Shown: positions 25,053 through 34,996 of the stretch, one piece after another
Layout of the letters: each line of letters begins with the position of its first letter
Numbering within the stretch: position 1 is the stretch's first letter
Assembly: GCA_018303885.1 (NCBI GenBank)
Contig: JAGVXG010000004.1
Span: 1 to 57,036 of the forward strand
Direction: 5' to 3'
Origin: Candidatus Pacearchaeota archaeon
GTDB taxonomy: Archaea; Nanobdellota; Nanobdellia; Pacearchaeales; GW2011-AR1
DNA: 57,036 nucleotides
Position numbers and translations under genes: made by a program
The notes under the pieces: model-generated
The model's database searches: none
Seen by the model: the letters and a program-made list of their open reading frames with translations, nothing else
Told to the model about the DNA's origin: nothing

Positions 25053-27054
25053 ATTTCCACTCAATAGTTCTTCTCAAACCTTCTTCTAAACTTGTTTCTG
25101 GTTTCCATCCAAGTTCAGCAATCTTTGAGATGTCTGCGGCAAAATGTCCAGGCTCAACAGCTTTTCTTTCTGGAGGATATGGTATGACTTTTATTTCACC
25201 CTTTCCAGCAATTTTTACAACCATTTCAGCAAGCCTCTTGATTGAAAGAAAATTACCTCCTATTCCGCCTTTTTGCATATCTGTTTTTCCTACACAGCAG
25301 CCAAGATTGTAGAACTCTCCTGCTGAATCAGACGAGGCTATTATCAAGAAAGCATCGACTACATCATCAATATAATTAAGATCCCTTGAAACTTCTCCGC
25401 CCCCCCATAATTCTATTGTTTCACCCTTTACTGCTTTTTCAATAAAAACAGGGATAACAGAGCCTGCTTTTGAGGATTGTCCTGGACCATATGTATTTGT
25501 TAATCTTAAAGAATTAATTTTGACATCAATATTTTGTTCCTTTAAAGCATCATTTAAGATTAGGTGATGAGACTCAATCGCGTTCTTGCTGACTGATTGG
25601 TAGTCTGTCATTTTTTTAGGCAAAAAGTCTTCTTTGATAGGCAAATCGTTTTCTGAAACTTTCCCATATTGGTCTCTTGTGCCAGCGAAAACCATGCTTA
25701 ATTTTTTTCCAGAATTTTCAGTCATAATCTGTCTGCATGCTTCTAAAAAAAGCATTTGAGGAATAAAATTAACATCAGTGTCAAATTCAAGCTCTTTTTT
25801 ATTAAAAGGAGTGTGCTTTACAGAACCTGCAAGGTTGAAAACAAAATCTGAGCCTTTAATTAAGGGTTTCATTTTTTCTATGTTTTTTATGTCTTCTACA
25901 ATTATTTCAACATTTTCTTTTTCCTTCATTTTATCAACGTTTTTCAAGTCTCCGCCCAAGCCTTCCACAAGCGAATCAACAATAATGATTTTTTTCGGAC
26001 TTAGTTCTGAAAGCCTGATAGCAAGATTACTCCCTATAAACCCAAGCCCGCCAGTGATCAGAACCGTTTTTTCTCTAAATTTTTTTTCATAATCTTTTAA
26101 ATTACTCAAATTTGAGTTATCAATTGAGGAGAACAATCTAATAGTTTCTCTAACTTCATTCTCCAGACTATCCCTAAATTCAAAGCCTAAAGAAATTACC
26201 TTTTCATTTGAAGCGTGATAAGGCTTCTGATTAATTATCGGAGACTTTGTGATTTCTATTTTTACATCTGGTACTACTTTTCTTATCGTTTCAATTACAT
26301 CTTTCATAGAATAATTTTCTGTCACAACATTGTAAACTTCCCCAGATTTCCCATACTTTTCAATAAACTCAAATGCTCTTATGCTGTCGTTTAAACCAAG
26401 ATATGGGCGTTTACTTTCCAAGGCAGAATCCCATACAGTTAAAGGTTTCCCCAATGCAGCCAGATAGCAGAATTTGTTGATTGCGGTATGAAATCTCATT
26501 CCAATGCTTGTTCCAAAAATTGTTCCCATTCTTAGAACAATCGCATTAATTTTTCCGCCTTTGCCAACTTCCTGTAAAAGTCTTTCTGAAGCAAGTTTTG
26601 TTTCTGCATACGGTGTCGACGGTTTAAAATCTTGGAAAGTTTCATCAACTATTCCTTGAGCTTCACCATAAACACTTGTAGAAGAAGGAAAAAGAAATTT
26701 TTTGACTCCGGAATTAATTGCAACATCCAGAGTTTTCCTTGTTCCTTCTAAATTAATTCTTTCGGTTTCCTGAGGCTTTGATATTGTTGAAGGCGCATCT
26801 GTTATTGAAGCCAGATGGATTACCACATCAATGTCTTTCATCGCTTTTTCCAAATCTTCTTCGTTACTTATATCCCCCTCGATGAATTCATATTTTACAT
26901 GTGTCTTGGGCAGGTTAAATAAAGAACAATATCTTTGCACAAGAAAATTATCTAAAACTCTGATTAATTCTATGTCTTCCCGCTTTGCATATTCTCTTAT
27001 TAATTTTGAACCAATATGTCCTAAACCGCCTGTAACAAGGAATTTCAACCCCAT
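25036..27054 (-). CDS. Fusion of two extended-SDR NDP-sugar epimerase/dehydratase domains
   Basis: TGGLGHIG...YAETK in domain 1; TGGLGFIG...YQSVSK, NTYGPGQ in domain 2; continuous ORF with a short linker. Confidence 0.88.
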   Translation of the reverse strand: MGLKFLVTGGLGHIGSKLIREYAKREDIELIRVLDNFLVQRYCSLFNLPKTHVKYEFIEGDISNEEDLEKAMKDIDVVIHLASITDAPSTISKPQETERINLEGTRKTLDVAINSGVKKFLFPSSTSVYGEAQGIVDETFQDFKPSTPYAETKLASERLLQEVGKGGKINAIVLRMGTIFGTSIGMRFHTAINKFCYLAALGKPLTVWDSALESKRPYLGLNDSIRAFEFIEKYGKSGEVYNVVTENYSMKDVIETIRKVVPDVKIEITKSPIINQKPYHASNEKVISLGFEFRDSLENEVRETIRLFSSIDNSNLSNLKDYEKKFREKTVLITGGLGFIGSNLAIRLSELSPKKIIIVDSLVEGLGGDLKNVDKMKEKENVEIIVEDIKNIEKMKPLIKGSDFVFNLAGSVKHTPFNKKELEFDTDVNFIPQMLFLEACRQIMTENSGKKLSMVFAGTRDQYGKVSENDLPIKEDFLPKKMTDYQSVSKNAIESHHLILNDALKEQNIDVKINSLRLTNTYGPGQSSKAGSVIPVFIEKAVKGETIELWGGGEVSRDLNYIDDVVDAFLIIASSDSAGEFYNLGCCVGKTDMQKGGIGGNFLSIKRLAEMVVKIAGKGEIKVIPYPPERKAVEPGHFAADISKIAELGWKPETSLEEGLRRTIEWKSKNTQ

Positions 27055-27182
27055 TAAAAAATCAAAAGAAAACTATATTTAAGGATTATGAAAGTGAAAA
27101 ACTATAATCCCTAAAATGTTCTCAAAAAAGATATAGTTTCAATCACCATCAAGTTTATAAATTCTTTTTCAGCAGATTTAAA

Positions 27183-28415
27183 ATGCAACAATATACTTCT
27201 GAAACCGAAGGAAAAAATTGGCAAGACATCCAAGAAATTAGAGGTTCTTTCACACCAAAATTGTTAGAAGACATTAGAGCAACTTCTAAAGAAGATGCTA
27301 TTGAAAGGGCAACAGATGTGATTCAAAGGACTTTAACTTCTTTTAGAGATAATGGCTATAGTTTTGCAAATGTTGAACCAGGACATGGAATCGGACATTT
27401 AGTAAGGGATTATATGAATTCTTATATTCTTTTTTCTGGCTTAGAAGCAGATCCAAAACATTTATTTTTAGGGTTTGTTGGAGGCTCGTTGCATGACCTT
27501 GGCTGTGCAGTAGTTCCAAGATATGACGAATCTAAAAGAGCTGTAAGACATGCAGAAGCTGGTTCCTTACTCGTAAAAAGTTTACTTGAAAATGAAACAG
27601 AGTTAAACGACGCCGAAAAAACTTCAATTGCATATGTAATAGCCGCACATACTCATTATAGGGGGGAAGATCCTGTTAAATGCCAAGATGGAGAAACAAG
27701 AATAGTAAAACCATACCAAGAATTAGATGAAACAGGGCATCCAATTTGGCCTGTTTGGTTTACGAGATGGGTTGATAGACTTGATTGCAATGGTCCTGCG
27801 TTTGTTGGAAGACATTACTTAACGCTTGGAGAAAAACATGAAGATTATGATGGCGTTGTTCATTTTGATGTTGATTTTTCACATCACATGAAACCATTAT
27901 TGCGGCCGTTTAAAGAGCAAGTCGATGAAAGCGGCAAAAGAAATCAAACAATGTCAGAACATATGAAAATGTTTGCAGATTCGCAAAACAATGAATCTCC
28001 TTATGGGAAACATGATTATGGTTTCATGGTTAAATTAAGAGACCGCTCAAGAGAAAGGCTTTATAGAATTGTTAACTCGACACAATTACCTCCTCAATTT
28101 AGCGTGGAAAGAGAAAGCGAAATTAGAAGAGCTTGGGCATCATTTTTATCTGAAAATGTTGAGCCTTCTAGACTTGGAAGACAAACTGCATTAACTCTTG
28201 ATGGTATGTTTTCAGGATTAGAAGAAGGAACAAGACACGCATGGTGTAATGGATTTTTATCAATAATGCAAGAATATATACCTTATTCTTTAGATAGATT
28301 GAAATTGTTAGAAAAAGAAACCTTAAATGACGCTTACTTCCACCTTCCAGGAATTGCCGGAGATATTAGAGGGGTCATTTCTGCTAAAGGAAAAGCTTGG
28401 GTGGCTGCTGTTTGA
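27183..28415 (+). CDS. HD-superfamily metal-dependent phosphohydrolase of unknown substrate
   Basis: GHGIGH ... LHDLG ... HAEAG ... AAHTH ... VDRLD. Confidence 0.7.
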   Translation: MQQYTSETEGKNWQDIQEIRGSFTPKLLEDIRATSKEDAIERATDVIQRTLTSFRDNGYSFANVEPGHGIGHLVRDYMNSYILFSGLEADPKHLFLGFVGGSLHDLGCAVVPRYDESKRAVRHAEAGSLLVKSLLENETELNDAEKTSIAYVIAAHTHYRGEDPVKCQDGETRIVKPYQELDETGHPIWPVWFTRWVDRLDCNGPAFVGRHYLTLGEKHEDYDGVVHFDVDFSHHMKPLLRPFKEQVDESGKRNQTMSEHMKMFADSQNNESPYGKHDYGFMVKLRDRSRERLYRIVNSTQLPPQFSVERESEIRRAWASFLSENVEPSRLGRQTALTLDGMFSGLEEGTRHAWCNGFLSIMQEYIPYSLDRLKLLEKETLNDAYFHLPGIAGDIRGVISAKGKAWVAAV

Positions 28416-28417
28416 TT

Positions 28418-29404
28418 TTATTTATCTTGTAAATAAAAATCAATAGTTCTTCTCAAGCCTTCATCGAATGAGACTTTTGGAAACCAGCCAGTTGCTTCTT
28501 TGAATTTTGAAAAATCAGCGACAAAATTTCTTTTGTTTATTTCGTTTTCTTCCTCTGGAAAGGGTATGTGGGTTATCGCAACATCTTTGCCTGTTTTTTC
28601 TTCAACAATGCCCTTTATTTTTTCCACTACTTCATTAAATGTCTTTCCCTGCCCAGAGCCTAGAACATAAACCTGCCCATTTGTTTTTTCAGAAATCGCA
28701 GCTAAAATAAAAGCGTCAATATAATTTTGCACATAGCAATAATCTCTTATGAAACTCCCAGTACCATAGACTGTTAACTCTTCGCCCCGGAGTGCTCGTC
28801 CAATCATGAAATTTAAAACGCCACGATTTGGATTATCTATTCTTTGTAATTCACCAAAAACATTGGAAAGCCTTAAAACACAGGCTTTGATTCCATGAAT
28901 TTTGTAGTATACCTGAAGATATTTTTCTGCTACTAGCTTATTTGCTTCATAAATTGACAATGGGTGCTCTTGTTCGTTTTCATCTGAAGGAATCTTCTTT
29001 GGCAGTCCTATAACAGTTACCGCACTTGCGAAAACTATTTTGATATTTGGATTTTCTTTTCTGCAAGTTTCCAGTATATTCAGAATTCCAGCCAAATCAT
29101 TTTTCACGTCTTCTATTGGTTGTGCCATTGATTTTTTAAGATCTGTCTGCCACGCCAAATGAAAAAGATAATCTTTAGACTTTATCGCTTTAGAAACATC
29201 AGACTCGTTTGTTAAATTACCATCAATAAAGCCTAATTTATCTTCAAAGCCCTTCAAATTTTCTCTGCTCTTTTCAGCACGCGTAAAAACAGTTACATTT
29301 GCGCCAAGCTCAAGAATCCTTTTTGCCAGGTTAGCACCAAGAAAGCCAGCACCCCCTGTAATGAGAACATTTTTTCCCTTTATACTGCTAAAATCAAAAT
29401 CCAT
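28418..29404 (-). CDS. NAD-dependent epimerase/dehydratase (extended SDR)
   Basis: TGGAGFLG, YEANK, RLSNVFG; start at ATG 29404 supported by BRE-TATA 21 nt upstream. Confidence 0.9.
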   Translation of the reverse strand: MDFDFSSIKGKNVLITGGAGFLGANLAKRILELGANVTVFTRAEKSRENLKGFEDKLGFIDGNLTNESDVSKAIKSKDYLFHLAWQTDLKKSMAQPIEDVKNDLAGILNILETCRKENPNIKIVFASAVTVIGLPKKIPSDENEQEHPLSIYEANKLVAEKYLQVYYKIHGIKACVLRLSNVFGELQRIDNPNRGVLNFMIGRALRGEELTVYGTGSFIRDYCYVQNYIDAFILAAISEKTNGQVYVLGSGQGKTFNEVVEKIKGIVEEKTGKDVAITHIPFPEEENEINKRNFVADFSKFKEATGWFPKVSFDEGLRRTIDFYLQDK

Positions 29405-29424
29405 AAAATGCAAAAATTTAGGTA

Positions 29425-29474
29425 TTATATAAATATTATGAATTGTATTATTTACCTTCATAATCTATTTAAAT
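29425..29474. promoter_or_regulatory. Back-to-back BRE-TATA promoters (CATAATA-TTTATATA on minus; CATAATC-TATTTAAA on plus)
   Basis: Each TATA ends about 21 nt before its ATG (29404, 29495). The same motif occurs before at least ten other genes. Confidence 0.7.
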
Positions 29475-29494
29475 GATTTGAATGATTCCTTTTT

Positions 29495-31249
29495 ATGAAT
29501 GGCGCTTTGGGTATTTGCAGAATTTGCAACATAAATAATCTTAGAACCTTTATTTCTTTTGGCGAGATGCCTGTAGCAAATGCATTTCTAAAAAAAGAGG
29601 AAATCCAAAACTTTTTTTTCAAGGAATTCAAGTATGAAATGAAAGTCGGTTTCTGTGAAAATTGCAAGATGGTTCAATTAGTAAACATAGTGCCTTATGA
29701 AAAGTACATTGTTCCAGATGAAACAGGAAAAACAAATTACGCATTTTTTTCATCAACTTCTAAGGTTATGGAGCAGCATTTTGCAGAAATTGCCAAGGAA
29801 ATTCAGGAAAAATTTCTTATTTCTTCTTCAAAAGTTCTTGAAATTGGAAGCAATGACGGAATTTTCTTAAAAGCCTTCAAAAACCACAGTGTTCTAGGTA
29901 TAGAGCCCTCAGATAACGTTGCAGACGTGGCAAAAGCCCAAGGAATTGAAACAATAACAGAATTTTTTTCAGAGAAATTAGCCAGAGAAATTGTTTTCCA
30001 TAGAGGAAAGTTTAAGGCGATTTTTTCTGCAAATGTGGTTCTTAATATAATTGACTTACATGACTTATTAAAAGGAGTAAATCACCTGCTTGAAGACGAC
30101 GGTGTTTTTATATTTGAAGACCCATATATTGTCGATATACTTGAAAAAACCTCATACGATCAAATATATGATGAACATATATGGTATTTTTCCTTGACCT
30201 CTCTGAAAAATCTTTTGAGCACGCATGATTTGGAAATTTTTGATGCAGAAAGACAGGAAGTTCACGGGGGCTCGATGCGGGTTTATGTTTCCAAAAAAGG
30301 AAAAAAAGAAAAGACAGAACGACTCTTCAAGTACCTTGAAGAAGAAAGATTGAAAGGAATAGACACTATTGCACCTTATAACGAGTTTGCAAAAAGAGTC
30401 CAAGAATCAAAAACAGAGCTTGTAAAGTTATTGAAAGAGCTTAAGTCCCAGGGAAAAAAAATTGTTGGCTATGCAGCAGCCTCAAAAGGCACCATAGTTT
30501 TAAATTACTGCGACATTGGAAGTGATATTTTAGACTATATCTCAGATTCAACCCCATTCAAACAAGGTTTGTATAGCCCAGGAAAACACATTCCCGTAGT
30601 TTCTCCAGAATACTTTCATAACGATAAAGACGTAAGATATGCATTATTAGGCGCATGGAATCACGCAAAGGAAATAATGTCTAAAGAGCAGGATTTCTTA
30701 AAAAGAGGTGGCAAGTTTATAGTTCATTATCCTAAAGCGAGAGTTTTAGAGTCTTACCCCGCGACTGCTGAAAGTCATGCAGATACTACACAAAGTTCGG
30801 AGTTAATTTCTGGTGTTGAAATAAAAAAACTAAAGGTTTTTGCCAATGACCAAGGTTATTTATTTGAGACACTGAGAAACGATGATACTTTCTTTGAAGG
30901 AGCATTTGGACAGGTATTAATTTCAGAAGTTTATCCAGGAGTAATTAAAGGATATCACCTACATAAAAAACATGACGAATATATCACTTGTTTAAAAGGG
31001 AATATAAAATATATAATCGTGAAAGAAAACCCAGATGGGACAAAAAAAATTAATAAGTTCGTTATTGGAGAAAGAAATCCGATTTTAATTAAAGTTCCTA
31101 GAGGACTATGGCGCGGATATATGCCATTAGGAAATCAACCTGCAATGTTAATGGATATTATGAGCAGACCTTATGACCCAAAAGATCCTGATACAGAAGA
31201 AAAAGACCTATTTGAATTTGGTGATCCTTGGACTGTTCAGAAAGGCTAA
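29495..31249 (+). CDS. NDP-hexose C-methyltransferase fused to a C-terminal RmlC-like cupin epimerase
   Basis: CRIC/CENC zinc site, LEIGSNDG, YDQIYDEH, HGGSMR, GYAAASKG, PGKHIP; then NDQGYLFE ... GVIKGYHLH ... VPRGLWRG cupin. Confidence 0.88.
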   Translation: MNGALGICRICNINNLRTFISFGEMPVANAFLKKEEIQNFFFKEFKYEMKVGFCENCKMVQLVNIVPYEKYIVPDETGKTNYAFFSSTSKVMEQHFAEIAKEIQEKFLISSSKVLEIGSNDGIFLKAFKNHSVLGIEPSDNVADVAKAQGIETITEFFSEKLAREIVFHRGKFKAIFSANVVLNIIDLHDLLKGVNHLLEDDGVFIFEDPYIVDILEKTSYDQIYDEHIWYFSLTSLKNLLSTHDLEIFDAERQEVHGGSMRVYVSKKGKKEKTERLFKYLEEERLKGIDTIAPYNEFAKRVQESKTELVKLLKELKSQGKKIVGYAAASKGTIVLNYCDIGSDILDYISDSTPFKQGLYSPGKHIPVVSPEYFHNDKDVRYALLGAWNHAKEIMSKEQDFLKRGGKFIVHYPKARVLESYPATAESHADTTQSSELISGVEIKKLKVFANDQGYLFETLRNDDTFFEGAFGQVLISEVYPGVIKGYHLHKKHDEYITCLKGNIKYIIVKENPDGTKKINKFVIGERNPILIKVPRGLWRGYMPLGNQPAMLMDIMSRPYDPKDPDTEEKDLFEFGDPWTVQKG

Positions 31250-31257
31250 TTCTTATT

Positions 31258-32514
31258 TTATCTTTCGTTGACAATCTTTTTTATTTTTTCAGCAATCATC
31301 CTAGCATCTTCATCTTTTAATAAGGGATACATCGGTAAGGAAATTATCTCCTTAACTATTTTTTCGGTGGTTTTAAGTTTCGATGGTTTTAGATTTTTCA
31401 TATTTTTAATTACAATTTGTTGATGTACGGGGGTTGGGTAGTGGATTCCTAAAAATACATTGTTTTCTTTCATTTTTTCTATTATTTTATCTCTTATCTC
31501 TTTTTTAACTCTTATAACATAAAGATGGTAACTGTGCTTTGAGTTTTTTGTTTCTTTAGGGAGAGTTATTTTTTTGTTGTCATCAAAAGCTTCGTTATAA
31601 ATTCCTGCTATTTCTCTTCTTCTATCGACAAAAGATTCAAGCATTTCCAACTGTTTTATTCCTATAGCAGAAGGTATTTCTCCAAGCCTATAATTACCTC
31701 CCAAAATCACATGGTTGTATCTTCCATCTTCACCGTGGCTCGCCATCATTCTAGATTTTTTTGCAATTTTGTCATCATTTGTTATTATCATTCCACCCTC
31801 GCCACATACAGTTAAATTCTTCGTTGGATAAAAACTAAAACAGCCTGCTATACCGAAAGTTCCAACATGCTTTCCGTTGTACCTTGAACCCTGAGCTTGT
31901 GCGCAGTCTTCTATAAGGTAAATCTTCTTTTTTTCACAAATTTCAGCTAATTCATCCAAATCTGCCGGATTTCCATAAAGATGAACTGCAATTACTGCTT
32001 TAGTTTTTTTACCTATTTTTTTAATGACTTCTTTTGGATTGATATTGTAGGTATCTTCTAAGCAATCTGCAAATATCGGCTTTGCCCCAACATGCAAAAC
32101 AGGTTCAACTGTGGGCATTGTTGTATGAGAAGGCACAATAACTTCATCACCCTTCCCAATTTCTAAGCTTTTTAGAACTAATTCAATAGCAATAGTCCCA
32201 TTAGAAACAGCTACGGCGTGTTTTATACCGCAATATTCACTGAATTTTTTCTCGAATTCTCTGACCTTTTCACCCGAGGTAAAAATTCCAGAATCAAAAA
32301 CCTCGTTTACAGACTCTCTCATTCCTTCTGTAACCGATACTTTAGATGTAAAAATCTTTTCGGAGCCAACTTCTTTAGAAGGAGTTACCAATTTTGAACT
32401 TTTTAAATAATTTAAAGCTCTTAATTCATTTAATATTTCAGTTACATTTGATTTAACTTCACCAACATCTTTCTTTATATTCTGAAAGCTATTTTTTATC
32501 TTATCTTCATTCAT
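31258..32514 (-). CDS. DegT/DnrJ/EryC1/StrS sugar aminotransferase with N-terminal coiled-coil extension
   Basis: VSNGT, VHLYG, EDCAQAQG, FSFYPTKNL (PLP lysine), GEGG. Confidence 0.93.
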   Translation of the reverse strand: MNEDKIKNSFQNIKKDVGEVKSNVTEILNELRALNYLKSSKLVTPSKEVGSEKIFTSKVSVTEGMRESVNEVFDSGIFTSGEKVREFEKKFSEYCGIKHAVAVSNGTIAIELVLKSLEIGKGDEVIVPSHTTMPTVEPVLHVGAKPIFADCLEDTYNINPKEVIKKIGKKTKAVIAVHLYGNPADLDELAEICEKKKIYLIEDCAQAQGSRYNGKHVGTFGIAGCFSFYPTKNLTVCGEGGMIITNDDKIAKKSRMMASHGEDGRYNHVILGGNYRLGEIPSAIGIKQLEMLESFVDRRREIAGIYNEAFDDNKKITLPKETKNSKHSYHLYVIRVKKEIRDKIIEKMKENNVFLGIHYPTPVHQQIVIKNMKNLKPSKLKTTEKIVKEIISLPMYPLLKDEDARMIAEKIKKIVNER

Positions 32515-32576
32515 AAAAAAATATTAAAAACCACATATAAAAAGATTATGATGATAAGATATGTATCTCAAGAATG

Positions 32577-33515
32577 TTATTTTTTATAAGGGTACAATTT
32601 CAGTGGCGTCTTTTTTATTAGCGCATGCCCTATAGCTGTCAGATATGTCTTCATTAACCCTGGTTGCCTTTCTTTAATAAACCTTGTAGACCGAATAACA
32701 AAGAATACTGTTGATTGCAAGAAAAGTATCCACATAAAATAAAATACATTTTCATTATATTTGTTGCATAACAGCCAGTTTCTTACGTCATAATATGTAA
32801 TTATTTCTTTTTTGTTAGGAGTCATATTCAAGCTCGTAGAAACCTTATGCCAGACTTTTGCTCTTGGAACATAAAGAATTTTATAGCCCCTTTTAGAAAC
32901 TCTTAGACACCAGCCAGTCATTTCATGCATGGTAAAAAATTCACCATTTAAGACACCTTCTTTGCGCAGAACATCTGCTCTCATTAACATAACACAATCT
33001 ACGGCAGGAAGATATTCTTGTCTGTCTGCCTGTCCTAAATCAATTTCTTTTTGATACCTAGAACGGAAGCCACGGAAATGATAGTCACAGCCAGCACTCC
33101 AAATAATATTATCCGGGTCAGCATAATAAATTTTTGGGCCAACAACAGCAACTTCTGGATATTTTTCTATCTCATCAACAAGAATGCTAAGAAATTTTTT
33201 GTCAACATACATATCATTATCCATGATAAGAACATAGTCGCTTCCCCGTTTAAGAGCCTCTCTGATTCCAACATTAAGTCCTTCGTCTTCGCCAAGATTT
33301 CTTTTATTTTCAATTAATGTGGCTATTTTTCCATATTTTTTACCAAATTCCTTTTCAATCCCATCTGTAGAGCCATTATCAGAAACAATTATGTCAAAAT
33401 TTTTGTAATCCATTTTTTTAAGCGATTCTATAAGGGTAAAAGTGTGTTTTTTTGCGTTCCAATTTAGAAAAACAATAGAGACTTTTGGTTCTTTATTCTT
33501 TATTGATGGTTTCAT
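32577..33515 (-). CDS. GT2-family glycosyltransferase
   Basis: SDNGSTDG, MDND, R...GY....VP.AKVWHK. Confidence 0.88.
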   Translation of the reverse strand: MKPSIKNKEPKVSIVFLNWNAKKHTFTLIESLKKMDYKNFDIIVSDNGSTDGIEKEFGKKYGKIATLIENKRNLGEDEGLNVGIREALKRGSDYVLIMDNDMYVDKKFLSILVDEIEKYPEVAVVGPKIYYADPDNIIWSAGCDYHFRGFRSRYQKEIDLGQADRQEYLPAVDCVMLMRADVLRKEGVLNGEFFTMHEMTGWCLRVSKRGYKILYVPRAKVWHKVSTSLNMTPNKKEIITYYDVRNWLLCNKYNENVFYFMWILFLQSTVFFVIRSTRFIKERQPGLMKTYLTAIGHALIKKTPLKLYPYKK

Positions 33516-33602
33516 TATAAGTTTTTTAATTTTCCTTCTATTTTTCTAATAGAAAGTTACCCTTTTTAACATTTTATATAAAATTTTTCAATATACCTTC
33601 AA

Positions 33603-34781
33603 CTAACCCCTAGGCACCAACCTATCATTTACAATATATTCTGCAAAAGCTAAGCTGCATGTCAGTCCAGGGGAAACAGCATTTAATATATGAAGAGAAT
33701 TTTCTGTTTCATCTATTAAGACATCTTTTAACATTTTTCCATTTTTATGAACCATTTGAGCTCTAATCCCGCAAAAAGCAGGCTCCAGGTCTTCTTTCTT
33801 TAAATTGAGGCTGGTTAAACTTTGAATTTCCTCCAGAAAAGCTTTTTTGGAAATAGAAAATTTGGCATTTTTAACAACATTCTCCCAAAACTCTTTGTAC
33901 AAAGCCATTCTTATAAAATTCATAGAGCCAAAATAATCTGCAAGTTCTTTCCATTCAATTTTTCCATCATAGTTTTCCCTGCCAAAAGAAAGTGTGGCTG
34001 TTGGCCCAGCCACCACACTCCCATCAATTTTTTTTGTTAAATGCACGCCTAAAAAAGGAAATCTTAAATCAGGAGGTTGATATAGCATAGAGTTAATTGG
34101 AACAGGCACCTTGACGTAGTTTCCTTTAAAAGGAATAATAAGATAATCCAAACCAACACCCATCATATGAGCTATTTTATCAGCATGCAACCCAGCACAG
34201 TTAACTATAAAATCAGCATTTATAGTTTCTTCTCCTGTTTTTATTGCTCCATTATCTGAGATTTCCCTTACTTCTGCACCAAATTGATATTTTACTCCAA
34301 GACTTTCAGCTTCTTTTGCAATAGTTTTTAATAATGCCTTGCTGTCGACAATAGCTCCTGTAGGTGATAATAGGGCAACTAACCCATTTGAAAATGGCTC
34401 ACGTTCCCTTAATTCTGTTTTATCAATAATTTTTAAACCAGGAACTTCTAATTCTTTTCCCATGTACATAAGTTTGTCTAATATCCTTATTTCTTCATCA
34501 TCTCTTCCTATTACAAGAGTCCCGCATTCTGACATTGGAATACCATTTTCTCGACAGTAATCTCTTAACATCCTATTCCCCTTTACGCATATTTTTGCCT
34601 TTAAAAGACCAGGAGTTTGATTTATTCCAGAATGAATAACTCCACTGTTCCTGCCACTTGCATGATACCCTAAATCAGGTTCTTTTTCAAGAACTACAAC
34701 ATCCCCCAAATCTCTTTTCCTGATTTCTCTTGCTATAGAACTGCCAATAATCCCCCCGCCAATTATAATGTATTTTTTCAT
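33603..34781 (-). CDS. LhgO-like FAD-dependent oxidoreductase
   Basis: IIGGGIIG, HASGRNSGVIHSG, NCAGLHAD, PFLGVH, GIRAQ, SPGLT. Confidence 0.85.
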   Translation of the reverse strand: MKKYIIIGGGIIGSSIAREIRKRDLGDVVVLEKEPDLGYHASGRNSGVIHSGINQTPGLLKAKICVKGNRMLRDYCRENGIPMSECGTLVIGRDDEEIRILDKLMYMGKELEVPGLKIIDKTELREREPFSNGLVALLSPTGAIVDSKALLKTIAKEAESLGVKYQFGAEVREISDNGAIKTGEETINADFIVNCAGLHADKIAHMMGVGLDYLIIPFKGNYVKVPVPINSMLYQPPDLRFPFLGVHLTKKIDGSVVAGPTATLSFGRENYDGKIEWKELADYFGSMNFIRMALYKEFWENVVKNAKFSISKKAFLEEIQSLTSLNLKKEDLEPAFCGIRAQMVHKNGKMLKDVLIDETENSLHILNAVSPGLTCSLAFAEYIVNDRLVPRG

Positions 34782-34996
34782 CTTAAATTCTAAAAATGAG
34801 AATTTAAATATACTATAAAACCTTTATGAATTCTCATTATATATTATGTTATTCATATAAATATTAAAATAAAGAATGAATTTGATGCAAAAACGTAAAA
34901 AACATCAAAATTTATAGATGATTGAACCTAAATATTTATATATCTTTTTCGTGGTGTAAAAACAACCTTTTTTGCTTAAGTTTTAAATGATTTAAA

